Source of the DNA: Massalongia carnosa
Taxonomy: Eukaryota
Assembly (NCBI GenBank): GCA_965645245.1
Contig: OZ287070.1
Span: 1,550,001 to 1,614,000, forward strand
Length of the DNA stretch: 64,000 nucleotides
Direction of reading: 5' to 3'
Shown here: piece after piece, positions 47,110 to 61,199 of the stretch
How the letters are laid out: each line of letters opens with the position of its first letter
How positions within the stretch are numbered: position 1 is the stretch's first letter
The notes under the pieces: generated by a model
Database searches by the model: none
What the model was told of the DNA's origin: nothing
The model's input: the letters and a program-made list of their open reading frames with translations, nothing else
Made by a program: the position numbers and the translations under genes

Positions 47110-49397
47110 TTAAGATAAGATATATCGTTCCACCTCGGGATTGCAGCGATTTGGCTGAAAACTACTAAATGAAGTTCTCCTCGATAAGTCCATCAGCTTG
47201 GCTTTGCCGACGCCCACCTTCTCCCCTTCGTTCTCTCCGTACAGGCTGATGCTTTCACTCACACTCCCATGCTCCATGCCATCATCGCTGGAGCTCGAGC
47301 TCCATCCTCCACTTGCTGCTCCGTCTACAGGAGAAGACGAAGTACTTATGACCGAAGCAGCATCATTTTCACAAATGTGTTCGCCAAATCCGTTGCAAAG
47401 GATGTCACAGATGCTAGTTCTAGGTCGCTCAGGGGAATCTAGAACCACATCTTGTCCCAAAGAGGCCTTAGGCGAAAAAGACGAAGGACTAGGAGCGCTC
47501 GCTTCTGGTATCAGTTGACTTGATCTGAGAAGAGAGTTGTCCACGTCAGGTTTAATTTCTTCTGCTTTCTTAACTTCCTCGGCCTCAAATGACTCCAGTT
47601 TTTCTTCATACTTCTTAGGGGTCGCGGTCATCGCCCAAGGAGGGGTGCCGCCAACCTGGCAGCATAAAGGATAAGAAACGCCTTCAGGATCTCTAACCTC
47701 CTTTGGGGCACAGGTAACCGAAATAAGTGTTTGGAGGATCGCATAGGTAAGAATCCACCGGACCTTCCGTGCCTCGGCGCAAGGCAATGTTCCGGATTCT
47801 CTCATCGTCCATGTTTTCTCAAAATACATATATTCACGAACTAGGGGACATTCCATAACCTGAGGGCTGCAAGAATTAGTAGCCGCCGCGAGCGTCGTAT
47901 ATGCCACTAATCGACGCTCGAACTTCGCTTGGCTAGAGCCGAATATACGCAGCAATCTTGGCGTTTGCTTGTGTAGAGATTCCGGGATTTCTGGAACCAA
48001 AGAAAGAGGATGGGGTAAGGAAGCATATTTTCGACGCTTATCAAAAGCTTGGACATTTTGTAGGACGCACAAACCTCCGTCCGCAGGTCTGTTGTCCTGA
48101 AAGGAACTACTCGATAATGGATCAACCAGGTATTCATAGAGGTTTCGGAACTCAAAATACATTGAGCGACATGTTGACTTTGGTACTGCGGTGCTATTGC
48201 TTCGGATGGGGGCGGGAGGCCAATAACCAAATTTGCCCACATAAAACGAGTGCAGGAAAGATCGGAAACGCTCTAGATGTGCTTGAGCCTCATTTCCGAG
48301 GCCCAAATATGCACCGGAAAGATCTTCCTCCAGGAAATTTCCAAGAGATTTTCCGGCTCGTTCCAAGCGCACGTTCATTTCCAGATAGGCTCTCATGATT
48401 AGGGCCTTGGAGATGCGTGAAGTAGACTACGTTACTAATCAGTTCGAGCCTTCCCAAATCGGACATGGCGTATACCTCAAACTCTCCACTAAGGATCAGT
48501 TCGTCGTTCATTCCTGCACAATGCACAAAAGCATCTGTCCATAAATCGTGGAGCTCATATCTTTCGGCAAATTGAAGGATTGCAAGGGAATGATCGGGAC
48601 ATTGGCGAAAGTCTGTGTACTGCTGGCTATCCAGATATGCCAACATCTCTTGCTGATTTCTCGTTTCATCACGCCGATATGCTTTCATCCTTTCAAGAAG
48701 AGCTATCAACGCTTCGCCCAGTTGACCTCCGACGATTGGAAGATCAAACATCCAGGCAAAAATGTTCCGGGTCGTCAGATGATATCGAAATGCATCTTCT
48801 CTCCCGAGATGCATCGGAGCAGGTACATAAATCTCGTATTTCGCGGTAGGCGAAGGCACATCATAATTCCCATCATCGGACAAGGGGCTCGAGGCCGCGG
48901 AAGAAGGTTCCCGTAGAGGTAGAGGCTCGTAGAGCTCCAAAAATGACTTACAGCCACTGTCTCGAATATCGGCCAGGGAAATCTGTAGAGAGGCACCTCG
49001 TTTCGATTGGCCCGATTCGTAAAAGTGTATCAAGCAATCACCAGTAGGAAACCAGAGCTCTGGATCCTAGAGAGAAGAGAGGTTAGTCGTTTGTTCCTTT
49101 ACCAAACTGAAGCTTGATGGGACGGAGATCTAGACTCACTCTTCTTAATGAGTCCCAGACCGTTGTTGTTCTCTGCTGACCATCCCATCGTTTGATGTTT
49201 GCAGTACGAACAGGGATGCTATTCGAGAGACCAGGCGAGGAGTGTAGTTGTCGAACGAAGGAGGCTTGACGTCGTTTTGCTCCTGGAGATGACATAGAAC
49301 TTTTCATATTGCGGAATTTCCTGGCGGACGCACTTGGGCCAGCGGGCTCCATTGAAGCCTCCCTCTGGAGTTTTCTTGATAAAGAAACGTGGACCAT
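47110..49397 (-). CDS. Conserved fungal hypothetical protein (3 exons; start uncertain)
   Basis: Spliced IKRWDG..WDSLRR-DPELWFPTGDCLIHFY, HLTTRNIFAW, LWTDAFVHCAGM, HLERFRSFLHSFYV.KFGYWPP, EARKVRWILTYAILQTL; GT-AG introns join three ORFs. Confidence 0.85.
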
Positions 49398-49791
49398 ATT
49401 GAAACTCTTTTTAAACTCCAAAGCACGACCCGCGTACCGAGCACCTTCTCATCACCTCACAATTTGCACCGACTACGCGTCTGGGGGATTCTTCTCGTGT
49501 AGGCAAGAAAGGGGAGTTTATAAAATAGATGCTAGGGGCAGGGGAGGTCGTTATGATGACTTATAAACTCCCTTTAAGAGAGAAGGGAGCCAAATTAGGA
49601 ATCCTCAGATCCGGGGGGGCTTGCCAGCGAATGCCCTCTCTCGTCTGGCAAGCTACGGTAGATACTGGGTAGTTTAGTTAGTACAGCGTACTTCGTACAC
49701 GACACAGGCCAGGGATTCCAGGAGCTCGGCTCTAGAGGGGGGCACAGCTATCCAAACTAGTAATCCAATACCAAAGCATACCGAGTACCGA

Positions 49792-49847
49792 GTGCAGAGT
49801 GCAGAGTGCAGAGTGCAGAGTGCAGAGTGCAGAGTGCAGAGTGCAGA
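49792..49847. repeat. 7-bp tandem repeat (GTGCAGA)n
   Basis: About eight perfect copies visible. Confidence 0.9.
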
Positions 49848-52326
49848 GTACATACAGGAAGATGAGGCAGCAAGGATCAAGGAACGTGATGAAGATGGAC
49901 CTGTTTTGACCGACAATCCCGTTTGCTGGGCAAGTCATCGGTCGGAAGTCCTCGTAGGCGTTTTGATAAAGGCGACAGCTCTGGGCACTCCTGGGCACTC
50001 TGTACTAGCCTGCTGGGTACAACTATGCCTGCAGCATGCTGGTTGCAAGGGCTATTCTCGCTGGAAGCCCTTGGTTGCATGCTGTCAACCTAGGACCTGT
50101 CACTCCGCAAGCAGTTAGGCTGCGCTCTCCAAAGGCCCCCATTACTAACGCTAGCTGTCGATCCTAGACGTCATTTGAGATCATGGTTAGGTCATTGGGG
50201 CTGATTGGCTAATTATAACCTTACTTTCTTGATTCGGATGACCCCCTGCAACCCGCTCCACTTTTCAGGCCTGATGAAATGATGAAACCCCACCAAAGGA
50301 TGATCGTCATGGGGCAATTTTGGGGACGGGGGAACTGGGAACCGGGGAGTCTGGAGTGGTATAGAGTACTCTGTACTTCCGTACTCTACATAATACTCGG
50401 TACATTGCCCTTGTGCACGCAGGGCACCACCGGTCACCGACACTAGGCCATCTCATCGAACGTCCCTCGGTGATGAGCTATGAACCGGTGAGAAGAGGGC
50501 GAACAGATATCATCAAAGGAACATATTTACATCATCACTCATACCAAACCGTCACCGAAGTGGTTGATAGGTATCAACCTTCCTCAACAGCTTGTCACTC
50601 AGCTCTCCACAGGTCAGTGACCTGCAGCCAAGAAAAGCCGCCATGTATTGTACTCTGTACACATTACGATGAACCAAGCCAAAGCCATTGACTTTTTTTT
50701 GTGGATCAACCCACACCCACCTCCCAAAAGTCTAGATTCCTACGTTTACCATGGCCATAATCGCACCACCCCCCATGAACCATGAAGCCCATCGTGCAAT
50801 GCGGCTCTTGGGGTCGATTCGGTTATGGTTATGGACTCTGCACAGAGTAATGGGAAGCGAGTTGCGTGCGTGTATGCAAGCATGCACGCCTCGTCTTTCC
50901 CACCTAGGGATGACCGGCTAGAAATCTACACAGTATATGTCGTTAGCTATGACTCTCTATCTGGACAACGTCAAAGCCGCCTTTTATGCTTGTTATTATT
51001 ATTTTAGCAGGCTAGCTCTTCCTAGCTATTACTCGATCGTTCGGTGATTCGTCATCCAGTTATCTTCTACTTCCGGGTTTCCTTAGAAACGCTGATCTCT
51101 ATATACATTTCTTTTAATTCTTATCTTTGCGAGGTTTGTTGTTTGGAACATTTGTCTACATGTTGTCATAACTAGGGTTTCAAGCAAAAGACATAGCTCT
51201 GAACAGGCAAGCCAACTGATAAAGTGCAAAGCGACGCTGCGAGTACTTCCTCATGTTGCACACGAATCGTATTCGGCCCAAGCCAGCATATGCACCGGCG
51301 GTAATACGGGAGAAATCAACAACCCTGATGTTCGCCATTAGAACTGGCGATTAGGGTGCAACTCGGCTTCAGGTAGTATGACTACATTGTGCTGATGGAT
51401 TGCCCTGTGTTGATGATGAGTCACTTTGAATGGACCCGAACATAGCCGTGGGATTTCACGCTCATATGCGCTTCTTGCTAATTGCCCACCACACGGTACT
51501 CTGTACTTAGTAGAAACGAAGCCAATTCCATCCTTCTAGTCGCAGCTATAAATGCAAGCATGGCAGTTGGCGCTGTCAATGTCTCGTACGTAATTGTTGA
51601 GCTCCTGAATAAATACAAAACGCTAAATCCCACACCCCTCAAACGTATTCTCGAGTACTTACCTATGGTTTTTTGCTTCCGTCCAGGTCTATGCAGCTGA
51701 AGTATGGGTTGGGCGATGTCGACTAATCTAACGGCCATCAGGGTCTGGAGAATAGCGTTGGAAGTGAAGATAGCCCTCACAGCAGTCTAATGAGGGTTAA
51801 GCTATGTTCGAGAAAGAAAAACCCAGACTGCTGGACAATTGGTTGAATCGATGATGAAGAGGCGCAATGGCTGTTTTCGGTTCTATAACTTGATGAAATC
51901 TTCTTAGGGCACTTCTCACAAATAAGCATGGGTCACCATTGATATCTAACCACAATTCACGTACATACCGCGAAAAGGTTTGGCCTTCTGGACGGAGAAC
52001 TCATACAATCGCCAGAACTCCTCACACGGCAGTTTAAGAAACGAATGAGACTACGAAGCTCCTTCGAAAATGGGCAGAACTATAGCTTCACGACTGTTTC
52101 ATTGCTATCATAGACTGTTCCCTCCATCTTGTCACCCATTAAATGTCCAGTCGATGTTTTACCTTGTCAAGAGCCATTTAGCACTCCCCAATGCAGAGAG
52201 GTTAAGTAACTTTGAAAGGGGTTTATAATTCCAAAATACCAATTAAGATAATCAGGACCAATGTAAAAGGCAACCTAGAATGTGGATTTGCGCCATCGCT
52301 ATCCTACTTTCGCAGCCATGTCCCAT

Positions 52327-53213
52327 TCATAAGTGCGTACAGAAGAAATTAAGGAGGTCGGTATATCCCTCTTCATAGGCTGCCTTGGCACTCGGATCTT
52401 CGAAATCGGCGCTATCTAAAGGTCAACAACCATTTGCTATAATCACCGTTGAACGGGCAGGCCTACCGCGCACTCATGTACCCATGGACTTGGTCTTTGG
52501 TTTTGACAATTTTCGGCACCTTCAACGCTTCTTCGTACTTCTTGACCACCTCGGTATCCTCGTCTCTGGAAGCAAGCACAATCATTGGAATTGTAACCTT
52601 TGTGGCATCCTCAGGGTCAAGAAATGCTGGCGATGATTGTGCAGCTGCAACAAATAGTGTCTCGGACTGCGAGGATTCGGAGACGACCTTCCCGCCCCAA
52701 CAGAAACCTACTGCTCCCCATTCCTCAATCGTAGGATACTTTTGCTGAACCTCTTTCACGATCGTAGGAATCCTTGGGAGAACTTTGGCACGGTCTCCGG
52801 GACCTTGGAGAAATGCGCCAAGATGAGACTTCTGCTCATCGGTGACGGGAGGATACCATTCTATGTTGGCCGGCTTACCCTCACAGAAATCGGGGATGAT
52901 GACAAGATATGGGTTCGAAGACGAGGAGGCAAGGATATCCGCGCCTTGGATAGTTTGCGGGTAGAAGCCGAAGATATCGTAAACCCAAAGAATGGCTTTG
53001 TTTGCTTCGGGGGGTCCAGTAGCATCTGTTCACTCTGGTGGTAAGTAGAGGTATCTCATTTAGGTCCAAGTTCCGATGCAAATACTCCGCAGTTTCCATG
53101 TTAGGCTTACAAGTCTTCAACCCATCAATCGTAATCCATTGGCCCTTCTCCTTGTAACCCTTGGCCACGATCGGCGGGATGGTGCAGCAAGCTTTGCTAT
53201 GTTGCTGAGCCAT
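52327..53213 (-). CDS. Dienelactone hydrolase family protein (3 exons)
   Basis: SKACCTIPP, YDIFGF.PQTIQGADILA, VGFCWGGK nucleophile motif, QVHGYMSAR. Confidence 0.92.
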
Positions 53214-55065
53214 TTTTGGAGTTTGAGACGCAGTTGACAGGGAAGGGCCAAAAGGCGAGGCTGTCAAAAGGTGGTCGGTCGGCCGGCAAACAGCGGGGTC
53301 CGCAAACTGCGGGGTAGGCATGAAGCTGAGAAGTTGGGAGGACCCGAAGGATCAAACAATACTAGCCATTCAGGTAAGCTCGATTTTAAAACCTCGTCGA
53401 AAGGAAAACTTATTAAATTGTTATCCCTCTTAACATTTTTTATTCCCTTCCTTGGAGAGAAGAAAACTAATTATAAACGGCTGCATGGATTCGTCAACGA
53501 GAAAGAAGCCGGAGTAGAACAGAAGACTCATTCTTCCTGCTCGGGAAGGCACAGCATGCTTGCCACCACAGGCAAGGTAGAATTCTCACTCTCCCGCCAC
53601 TGGATCATGGAAAGAATGCGCATGGAATTCTTCCGAGAAAGAAGTTCATGCAGACTATTTTTTCCAGACCGACGTGGGTCAAAGGAGCATTTATTAGCAA
53701 TCCTACTCCCTAAATGGAACCCCTTTACCAAACTCGAAGCACCGGAGCAGGAGGAGTAAAGGGCGATAAAAACTTTGCCGAAAGTGGTCATTTTGGTTAT
53801 CTAGTATGATGATGTGACGAAAGGAAGGCGTACGTGCTGAGGGGAAGGGGGGGGGAAGGAAGAAAGAGAGAAGAGTTTCTTAGGTACGGAAGATGTAGCA
53901 ACGTATTCCAACTTTACAGAATATCTGCAGGAAACTGAAAAAAATGAGAGTATGAAAGTTGCCCTGTAGTAGAAACCGCTCCTTCTGCCCTTTCCACAGC
54001 AGTTATACCATCCACCCTATCGAGTAGCTCGCATGGTCTTTCCTTTCCTTTCCACTTTCTCCATCCGTCAACACGAAGGGCCAAATAGGCAGACGGGGTG
54101 GCCCAGCAGAGAGGCACTACAGGGAGTGTTCTTTCTGCATGATAGCATAGCGTCTTTAAATAAATAACCGCTATTGACCTTCATGATCACTAGTAATTAA
54201 AATCTAATTTTCTTCACCATATTCTTGAGCCGTTCGGAGAGAAATAGCCTGAACAAAGAAAAGAAAACAAATCAACGAATTCTCATACTAATTTAGGCAT
54301 AGGATAGCAAGGGTTCGCCCGTGGGCTCTCGGCGCAGTGACGAGGGAGCGCGGTTACTTGTTGAAAGTTTGACGAAAGACTAAAAGTAAGGATAACCCAG
54401 AGGAGGGAAATTTTAGTCATGATGGGAAGGAAAAGGTGCAACGGTTATGATGATATGAATGAAGCAAATGATGATGATGATAATAATAACAACAACAACA
54501 ACATGGAGAAAGAAACCGTTCCCGAAGACGGAAGATGAACGCCGAAAGGAGATATATCTTCCACCCTCAATGCATTTTAGAAATATCGCTGTTGGTACAT
54601 TCGGATGGTTTTTCCCTACATCCAGCTTCTATAAAATCCTTTCCTCCTACCTAGTTGTTCGCTAGGGGTCAAGGGTGTACATACAAGGGAGATCTTCTGT
54701 ACATTTCCGTGTTCACAAATCTCATGACTGTATTGGTGTCATTCTAGCCCAAAGGATACGTGGATATATCAAGATGCGTTTTGAAGATTAACTTCTCTGT
54801 AGTGCCTCGCTTCGTTTCGTTGAGGAATCGACGGAAGCTAAGTTAGACATCTTCGGATAAGCGGGGTCCTTGAGGAATGCCTAAGCAAGTATTGTACATA
54901 ACAAGGTTATTACGAGTTCTACGGATATTAATATGGATACAATAATCTAAGTAGGGAGCAGGGATTGATATAGCTTCAAAATTTCAGCTCTGCAAACGGA
55001 GACTTGCGATCCAATTTTTTTTCAGTTAGAGACGCAAGGAGCAGTCTGCGCATGCTCCAGCTTCC

Positions 55066-57462
55066 ATGGCCGACCCATTAAGCGTCGTAGCAACTATATT
55101 TGGCCTTGTGGGAGCAGGAGCGCGGCTTTCGACATCTCTATACGACATCTGCGAGACTATTGGCTCGGCCCAAGAGGAAGTAGAAGAAATTGCAGGCGAT
55201 CTCAGCTTTTTTGTGGTCGTGGTTGACGAGCTTGGCAAGGTCTTTGCGGCGCCGAAACGCATATATTCTGACAAATTGGAGTCCAGCGTTCGCGATATCC
55301 TCAAGCGATGCAGGCATGTCTTCAGGAAAATTAATCGGATGATAGATAGGACGGCCGGACTCCCGAAGCTGAAGCTTCAAAGTAAAGTCATGTGGGTATT
55401 CCGAAAGGGCAAGGTTTTGGAAGTCAAAGCAATCCTGGAGTCTTTGAAGTCAACGTTAAGTCTGATCCTGCAAACTTTAAAACTGGTCCAGCAGCAGTAA
55501 GTCCATGCACAATGGGCGTAAGTCAACTATCACTGATAATTGCAGGCGACAAGATGACGAAGAAGAACGTCAGGTTTTGGGGAATCTGCTTCGATCTCAT
55601 ACACATTCCATCAAGGCTCTTAAAGATATCGAGAAAAACCACGAAATAAGACGCCGACACCATCAGTTATCAAGTTCTGAAACACAGCAAGATCTGCCTG
55701 TTACTCCTATAGTCACAACAGCTGAGCTGTTGTCCGAGGTCGTTCCTTCGCTACCGCCAAAAGAAATCTTAACCAGCAAGCCGTCAGAAAGCTCTGATGC
55801 CACGAAAAGGGGCTATGGTCCAATCATGCAAAGCTCGCATTTTGAAAAGTCTCTCGGAACATTTTATCCTATTTGGAAGAAGAGCATTCTTGAGCGAGTT
55901 AGCCTACTTCTTACCCAATGGACACTGCCCCCAAGTCCTGACCCCATTCGTCCACAAACGAATGGAGATTCTACCAAACCTTCTACAAATAGCAGCCACG
56001 ATTCTATCGACTACGAATATGAAAAAGAGAAAAAGATTCTTAATGACCAACGTTCAGATCTGGATCAGCTTCAAATTGAGCTAGAACAATCACAATGCGT
56101 GCTTCGTGCCCAAATCCAAAAGATACAAGATAGACTTAAGAAACGAGACAAAGGCTGGCTGGAAATTGACGATCGAGCGTTGAAACGCCTGATGGATGAG
56201 CTGGAGGTGAGTAGCTACAAACTTGAGGCGGGTGAGGTCCAGCGTGCAACGTATGCTTCCCGCTGCAGTGACTTGGAGATCGCCAGTGCAGCGTTGTACA
56301 AGTCTGTAGCAGCAGAAACAGAACGAAAGATAAATTATAGACAGTATCCAAAAACAACGCTTTCTTCCGAATCTCAATACGATATCCCACCTGGCGAGCT
56401 TCATCCTTGGCCATCCATATTGTATGGAAATCGGGAAGAGGACGATTCTTTAACGGATACCGATACAAATTCTGATTCTGAGTCACATACAACCAAACAC
56501 AGTGCTCAAAGTGAAATACCTTTCAACCTATCAGCGGAGCTACCTGGAGATGATTCGATGCCCAAATCAAGATCTTCTTTTTGCGACCCACACATACTCA
56601 CGAGCTCTCACTCGGTTCATTCTGATCTACCTCACCCACCACCTTCAGCGGCGGGGATGCCTTGTAACCATCCTACAACCAAACCAAGATCTACATCTTA
56701 TGGAGCGACTACATTTAAGAGTTCTCAAACCTTCGCCACTGGCCCATCTGATCGACCACATCCAGATATGGCGGCGACCGCATTACCCAATGATGTCATC
56801 CCGAACGTCATCGTTAATACTTGTCAGAGACAAGCCTGGAAGCCACCGCAACCATTCGCTGAGGGCTATAATACTTTCTCGTACGTGCTGGGCGCGGCTA
56901 TGCATTCTTGTCTTTGGTTCAAAGCTTCTCAAGACGCATACAAATTCTATTTAGGTGGTCAAGAACCGAACTTCTACACCATACATCTCATTCCAGAAGA
57001 CTTGAGCACCTTTGAAACGTCGCGAGTTGAGTGGACCGCGATTGAGAAGCCTTGGGCAACTGTGAAGACGCTGCACGCAATGGGGCTGCAATATTTCGAG
57101 GATTCGCTGGGGTTCATGTGGATACACAAAGACTTGAGCTGGGTGAGTCATAGCATATACTCTTTCTCTTTCAGCCAACATCCGCCAGCTCGCCAACTAA
57201 TCTGTGACAACTACAGCATGAAATTCAGCAGCTCTTTAATTTCTCGTGCGGGTTACTCGACAACGCTGTTAATATGTCAGCTCGGCACATTCTTCTGAAA
57301 TGTTCCGAAGACGTTAAGAAAATCGAGAGATCATTTCTATCTCTCCGGCGGGAGGAAAAGAAGACGTGGTCGCAGTCATTTCAGGAACAGCATCAAGTTT
57401 TTTTCCATGCAGACGAACCGAAGCGGTCAGAGTACTCAAGATTTCTGAGGTCGAGCTCTTGA
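55066..57462 (+). CDS. Protein with N-terminal HeLo-like (fungal STAND N-terminal) helical domain; 3 exons
   Basis: MADPLSVVATIFGLVGAGARLSTSLY...KVMWVFRKGKV...LESLKSTLSLILQ pattern; introns 55498-55545 and 57143-57216 keep the frame; no P-loop seen. Confidence 0.75.
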
Positions 57463-59983
57463 CTACCCCCTTCTTGCTACCGAATCTGCTGATTTGTACA
57501 TCTTGTTCTTTTTCTTGAGGACTACCCGTGTTATGATTCGATGAAAGTACATAGCTTGACGGCTGTCATTAACATCAACAGGAATTAACTAGCTCTGGCA
57601 CGAAGGTAGCCCCAGCTAGCGGCTGGATCTAAGTTCGACTTTCATAACGCGGCTGAAAATCTCCAAACCGGCTTCTGCTGTTTCGCACCGTGCACAGTCC
57701 AGATAAATGCCGAAGCTCCCCTCCCCCACCAGTCCAAGTTCTCTTAATGTCTCAGCGGTTTTCACATCAGCACTCTGAGTAGAGTTTCTCTTACAAAGGC
57801 TCAAATCAAGAACCAACCCCCTTTCGATTCTCGTTTTTTTCTATTTAATAGATGTAACTGCTAGGCATCTTCGTTTGATTAAGAAATCGATTATAGTCCC
57901 AACCTCTCTTTATTATAGCCATAGATTATCATATTCAGCTGATTGGACGACCAGATATCTCAGAGGTTGAGACGTTGCAGCACCTATACAGCACCGATGG
58001 AACCGGAACGAACAGGGGGAACAAGGAGAGCCGTTTTTTCTGGGCTTGGTTACACTATTCTTGAATTCTATTATGCGAGTATTGCCATTTTAAAAAAAAG
58101 TCCATGACATATTGCTGAAATAAACCCCTCCCAGAGGTTCTTAAATTGTAGAAAACCTTCCAAACAGGAGACATCTGAGGCAGAAAAAAACCATATCTTA
58201 CATGAAATACAGCTCTACCTACTCCACCGCTGACCGGGCCCCCGTATGAAGAGAAATCTCAATTCCATAGACGCGTAGAATCTGGTCCGGCACCGATGGG
58301 ATCCGGGGTCGCATTCGACGGCAGCAGCATCCCGAGCTATTTATCAATTGTTTCGTGGACGATGCCGTCAGCAATTTCTGCGCACGCGAGACTAACGTAG
58401 CTCACGTTGAACGGGGATGGTACGTGTCCGTTGGTGTTGCGCCATCTCCACGGCGGCGTACTGTTCAATTCTTTTTCCGTGTCGGTTCTACGGCGCAGGA
58501 GATTCGATACTTCTGGGCTGACCCCTTTCTTGAGGCCGGATGACGATGCGATCATCTGGTGCCGAGGACCGCACAAGTCTTGATGCCAGAAAAACAGCCC
58601 GACGGGCCCGGCGCAGCATTGGCATAATTCTCTATATGAGCATTGCTAGTTGATGGCGGTGCATAATCTAGGGCATATGGTCGCCTCAAGGTCGTTTGCT
58701 GTAGCTGAAGCTTGATTGCTACCGTTGGGAGGTCGCCTACCTGGCCGTAACGCGCGGCGGGGCTTAATCTCGCCTGGCTTGAGCCGTATAGGTCGACGGA
58801 TTGTGCTCAGTACAGTGGTGAAGTGGTCTCTATCCTAGAAGGTATCAGGGCCACAATCGCAATTGTTCAGGCAGTATTGGATTAGGGTCTGAACGTCCTG
58901 TCGAGGAGCCACAGCGCAGCTCAAAGTCTTCCCGATGCACTCGTATTCCATGGACGCGAAAGGGCTTTCTTTCGAACATAATAATTACCACAACCTCCGA
59001 TACGGATGGCGGAAGTCTGAAGGGAGGGAAGGGAGGCTGGAAGCGCAACTGAGGGCCCTTTGGTCAGCCTGCCGTACCGTGTCGCGTGTCGCATCGGCAC
59101 TCATGCTCTGCCCAATGACCGCCCATGTGAGGATTCTCCACCACGCGGAATATGGAACTGGCAGCATAATTCAAGCCTAGCCAACTCGCAAGGCAAGTCT
59201 CCAACATGGTAGAAGGGAATATTTAGATAGCGCGATCCGCCGCAAGTGTTTTTTTCCCTCCACAGGAACAGAAAACAAGCCGAAATAAACGTGCTCATGA
59301 GACGTTTCATCGTCGTTCATCTTAGGTCTAAATATCGCGTGTTATGAGATGGATGCATCAAATCGAATCAATCAATTGAAACCACGAATCGACAACATAA
59401 TCGAGATCATCAAACATGCAGTTCTTGAATCCTTTATCATATGTAAGTGTGCTTGATCTTGTGTAGTAAAACTATTTGCTCGTTTTTAATGTTCTTCCAC
59501 CATTAATAATGTACAGAAGATTCTACGGGAAAGTCGCCGAGCACTCCTTTATTTCTTAGCGTGGGGTTGAAAGATATTTCTTTTTAATTTGGTTCAAGAT
59601 TTCTGTCTCGTTGCTTCGCCGAGTCTTCCTTTCCCTCGGTTTCGTCATAGTTGGAGATAGGTATACCTACCTATAAGCGAAGCCATAAGTGTACATGTAT
59701 GTATGTACTAGTACTTAAAATATAGCATTGCGTTCCAGATACAAGACACAAGCGGGTCATCTTGTAGTATGAGAAGTGGAGCCAGGGATAGCAAGGAGGA
59801 ATTCCAGCAAAGTTAATGATTTATAAATGATGAAAATGCTTCGCGATTAATATCCAAGCGTATATCCGATACGTCTCATGCAGCAAATGGTAGCATATTT
59901 CCGCTCAGATTGCCACCCTGTCACTTAAGCCGTCAGGAACAAGTCATGAGGGACCTTTGGGCAAAGGAATCCTTGATGGTTAG

Positions 59984-60560
59984 CTAATGCTGAGCGGAAC
60001 GCGGCATCATCTCAACCGCCGTCATAGCATAACTCTGGTCGCTTTTGCCATCCCCGCCCATCAGCTCTTCGTTGCGCGACTCCATGGCCCATTTCCTGTC
60101 GGCATTGCTGGCGTGCAGGGTCGCTGCACGAGGGGCGGCGGAGCGCTTATTTGACCAAGAGCGATTGGTGAGGTCGGGTTGGCCCGAGGACGAAAGCTTG
60201 AGGATGCTAGGGACCCAAAGCCTTAGGAATGCCTTGAGCGGGGGTAGGCAGATGCAAATAATAGTAACCTCGATCTTGATTGTGCTTACGGGGGATGGAT
60301 CAGCGTAGAACAAGAGCGAGCGAAATGGAATACCCTGGTATCTGATCAGATTGACTTGAAACTCCGTGAAGAGGTTATCTCTCAACTCGTTAAGAAATAG
60401 CTAGTGTATCAGGTACAGAGGTCGCATCATGCTTGCAATAATGGCCCTATATGAGACAGAGGACGAGGATTGGGTCATAAGGGTTGTACTTGCATGACTC
60501 CTGAGATCAAAATCGCGACCACCACAATCTTTAATCGCTGGGGGGGGCGTACATATATGC
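59984..60560 (-). pseudogene. C-terminal remnant of a PTH11-like (fungal rhodopsin-domain) membrane protein
   Basis: QRLKIVVVAILISGV, AIIASMMRPLYL*, and IEVTIICICLPPLKAFLR resemble the last helices of the family; N-terminal helices not found. Confidence 0.5.
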
Positions 60561-61199
60561 TCAAGTACGATACCTAGTTATTGGCTATGCTCCCGAGATA
60601 TGTTAGATAGTAGTGATTCTTCCTTCTGATAAGCCACTGTCTTGTTAAACATTACCCCATGGCTATATAGCCTATTCCGTCCTGGGGAAGGGGCGTACGA
60701 CTCTCTCCCGCTTGCGCCCGCATCATGGATTCGACTCTCACACGCGGGTGGGACATAGTTGTTCGGACCATATAGAGTACAGCTCGTGACAACTAATCCT
60801 GCGACCTCATTCGGGAAGGTTCTTTTCTGCTTTTCTGTTTTCCCCCTTTCCTTCATCAAGATACCTACTCCGCTATAATCCCTGTTGCGCATGGTTTCCC
60901 TTAGTATATGTATTTCCATCTTTTATTTTCGAATGGTAAGTGAACCTTGGTAGGTAGGCAGATATCTTTCCCCCCATCTTCTACCTTACCATTTCTGTAA
61001 CCTCTCACCTTCATACCTACCTACCCATACATCCATCGAGCCTCCTATTTACCCCCCCGCCCACATCACCCTCTAATCTGTCTTTATGCCTACATAAGAT
61101 ATAAAAAACCTTCAAACAGCTCGGAGTGAAGCATTATTGGTAGAAATGTTCTTTGAAAGGAGGCATATAAAACCACTACGAAGCCCCTATCCAATAGAC

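Noticed and set aside
58200..59300. GC-richer stretch with short ORFs suggesting a decayed gene
   Set aside because: No recognisable motif in any frame.
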